A stretch of DNA of 64,000 bases, taken from NCBI GenBank assembly GCA_963728205.1, contig CAVSIV010000001.1, positions 1-64,000 of the forward strand. The letters are read 5' to 3'. Under the pieces are notes generated by a model, which ran no database searches, was not told where the DNA came from, and was given only the letters and a program-made list of their open reading frames with translations. Position 1 is the first letter of the stretch. Each line of letters starts with the position of its first letter. The translations under genes were made by a program, and so were the position numbers. This document shows, in pieces, positions 61,808-64,000 of the stretch. The DNA comes from an uncultured Chloroflexia bacterium. Lineage in GTDB: Bacteria; Chloroflexota; Dehalococcoidia; UBA2979.

Positions 61808-62106
61808 GGGGACCCGCCTTGTCGGCCTGGCGCCCGCGGGTCTCCATCCTCGGCGCAAGGCGTGCTGTCACCGCCGATCCGTGGCAGCGAGTTGGGGCTC
61901 TGTCACGAAGCATCGACAGGGAGGTGGTCTTTCTGTAGGCCGGGAGACATTGCAATTCGCGCGGGCTGAGGATGCCGCCCCTGGGTGTGGGGTAACGCCG
62001 GAACTGCAACGCGGATCACGGTTCCCTCACGACCTCTTTACTCGTGTCTTATGCCTGGGCGGGTAGCCTCGAAGCTGCTTCTCCCTGCGGCCCCTGCGAG
62101 GTGGCG

Positions 62107-62262
62107 ATGTCACTCCTCCCGGCACTTCTCCTCCTCGGCGGAGCCGCGGTCGCGGCCGCGCGCCGGGCGGCGACGCGTCAGCCGCGCCGCGTCCCGGTGC
62201 GCGTCCGCGATGGAGAGCGCGACGGGGCCGGCGGGCCCGCGGATTGGATCCGCCGCGAGTGA
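62107..62262 (+). CDS. possible small membrane protein (51 aa)
   Basis: GAGG RBS; hydrophobic N-terminus MSLLPALLLLGGAAVAAA; stop overlaps the next start (GTGA). Confidence 0.45.
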   Translation: MSLLPALLLLGGAAVAAARRAATRQPRRVPVRVRDGERDGAGGPADWIRRE

Positions 62263-64000
62263 GCAGCCCCAGCCTCCCGTATCGAGCGGCGTCCGCTCGA
62301 GCGGGCGCCTTTGCCATTCCCGCGCTGCGCTGGTGGGCCCGCTGGGCGCCGCTGCTCGGTGTCGTCGCGCTCGCCTTCGCGCTCGATGCCTGGCGCATCT
62401 CGATGTCGGGCTACGGCAACACCTACTACGCCGCCGCGACGCGCTCGATGACCCTCTCGTGGAAGGCCTTCTTCTTCGGCGCGTTCGACCCCGGCAGTTT
62501 CATCACCGTCGACAAGCCGCCGTTCTTCCTCTGGATCGACGCGCTGTCCGCGCGGGCGTTTGGCTACTCGTCGTGGTCGACCTTGCTGCCGAGCGCGTTC
62601 GCCGGCGCGGCGACCGCCGGCCTGCTGTGGGTCACGGTGCGGCGGCACCTCGACGCCTTCGCCGCGACGATCGCGGGCGTGGTCTTCGCGCTGACGCCGA
62701 TCGTGGTCGCGGTCGACCGCCTCAACCTGCCGGAGCCGTTCTACGTGCTGGCGCTGGTCGGCGCCGGCGCCGCGGTGCTGGAGTCGCTGCGGCGCGAGCG
62801 CTGGTGGGCGTGGGCGGCCCTCGGGGGGGTGCTGGTCGGGGTGGCGTTCAACACGAAGATGCTCGCGGGCTGGATCCCCGGGCCGGCGCTCGTGCTCGCG
62901 CTGATCGTCGGCGTGGGGTGGGGCGATCTCTTCGCGTCGCGGGCCGGGTGGCGCGAACGCTGGCGCGCGAGCGCCTGGAGCGACCGCTGGCGCGCGGGCT
63001 GGCTGCCCGTCGCCGGGCGGATCGCGGTGTTCGGCGTGGTCGCGCTCGTGGTCTCGCTGTCGTGGGTGGTCGTGGTCGACGCGTGGCCGGCGTCGTCGCG
63101 GCCGTACATCGGCGGCAGTGCGAACAACACGGTGAGCGACCTGGTGCTCGGTTACAACGGCTTGGGCAGGGTCGAGGGCAACAGCCCGTTCGGCGGGAAC
63201 AACCCCTTCGCGGGCGGCCGCGGCGGCGGCTTCGCGCCCTTCCGCAACCCGTTCGCGCCGCCGCCGCCGGCGCCGAGCAGCGGAGGCTTCGCGCTGCCCT
63301 TCGGGCTGCACGTCCCCAACCCGTTCTCCTCCGGCTCCCAGAACGCGACGCCGGCGCCGTTCGGGGGCATCACGCGCGCGCCCGGGCCTACGACCGGCAT
63401 CGGCGCCGGCGGGATCATCGCCGGGCGGCCGGACACGTGGCGCATGTTCGACGCCGCGAACGGGCCGCAGATCGGGTGGCTGCTGCCGTTCGCGGTGCTC
63501 GGCGGGCTGCTCGCGCTGGTCGCATGGTGGCCGGACCGCATGCGCCGCGCGGCGATGGTGCTGTTCCTCGGGTGGGTGCTGCTGTTCGGCGGCGTCTTCT
63601 CGGAGGCGCAGGGCATCTACCACAGCTACTACACCTACGCGCTCGCGCCGGGCATCGCCGTGCTGGTCGGCGCCGGCGCGCTCGCCGCCACCGACCTCGT
63701 GCGACGCAGCCGCTGGTGGCTGATCGCGCCCGCGGTGCTCGTGCTGGCGACGCTCGCGGTGCAGCTCCACCTCGAGTCCCGCGCGCCGTTCTACTACGGC
63801 TGGCTGCGCCCGTGGGCGATCGGCGGCGCGTTGGTCGGCCTGGCGCTGCTCGCCGCCGCCACCGTCGTGCGCCGCGTGCCGGCGCGCGCCGCGATGGCGG
63901 TCGTCGTCGCCGCGCTGCTGCTGCTGCCGGCGGGCTGGGCGCGCGGCGAGGCCGCGCACGCGTCGATGAACACGACGCTGCCGCAGGCCGGCCCGCGCGT
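62259..64000 (+). CDS. GT-C fold membrane glycosyltransferase (ArnT/PMT-like, YkcB type), runs off the window end
   Basis: GYGNTYYAAATRSMTLSWKAFFFGAFDPGSFITVDKPP, VAFNTKML, RPYIGGS.NN..DL.LGYNGLGR, HSYY. Frame open to 64000, so absent from the ORF track. Confidence 0.87.
   Translation, partial: MSSPSLPYRAASARAGAFAIPALRWWARWAPLLGVVALAFALDAWRISMSGYGNTYYAAATRSMTLSWKAFFFGAFDPGSFITVDKPPFFLWIDALSARAFGYSSWSTLLPSAFAGAATAGLLWVTVRRHLDAFAATIAGVVFALTPIVVAVDRLNLPEPFYVLALVGAGAAVLESLRRERWWAWAALGGVLVGVAFNTKMLAGWIPGPALVLALIVGVGWGDLFASRAGWRERWRASAWSDRWRAGWLPVAGRIAVFGVVALVVSLSWVVVVDAWPASSRPYIGGSANNTVSDLVLGYNGLGRVEGNSPFGGNNPFAGGRGGGFAPFRNPFAPPPPAPSSGGFALPFGLHVPNPFSSGSQNATPAPFGGITRAPGPTTGIGAGGIIAGRPDTWRMFDAANGPQIGWLLPFAVLGGLLALVAWWPDRMRRAAMVLFLGWVLLFGGVFSEAQGIYHSYYTYALAPGIAVLVGAGALAATDLVRRSRWWLIAPAVLVLATLAVQLHLESRAPFYYGWLRPWAIGGALVGLALLAAATVVRRVPARAAMAVVVAALLLLPAGWARGEAAHASMNTTLPQAGPR

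Noticed and set aside
61808-62106. c-di-GMP riboswitch upstream of the S8/GGDEF unit
   Set aside because: I could not find the conserved GEMM-type motifs by eye. An Infernal/Rfam scan would be needed.

Overview
High-GC bacterial window. It most likely comes from Chloroflexota (Dehalococcoidia-like), inferred from the ClpC N-terminus, the Tat-lipoprotein Opp/Dpp binding proteins and the many LLM, acyl-CoA dehydrogenase and CoA-transferase III paralogues. Two parallel CoA-dependent catabolic clusters (about 1-21 kb and 42-56 kb) each carry an ATPase-less Opp/Dpp cassette. Between and after them lie menB, dps, a collagen-like protein, clpC, egtB-egtD, a divergent LuxR-STAND/XRE pair, a VanY-like peptidase and a DinB gene flanked by 45-bp palindromic repeat arrays. 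The most striking locus is at 58.1-61.8 kb: a secreted S8 peptidase ending in six perfect SSYWD pentapeptides, each with different codons, directly upstream of a multi-TM GGDEF-EAL protein. This is a candidate peptide-signal/c-di-GMP system. All four frameshifts in otherwise intact genes sit in GANTC words that revert to GATC, suggesting modification-linked sequencing errors. A duplicated SDR 3' end brackets a 13-kb block, and several short gene remnants sit at cluster junctions. I recognised no rRNA, tRNA, CRISPR array, transposase or integrase. All calls come from reading motifs by eye; no database searches were run.
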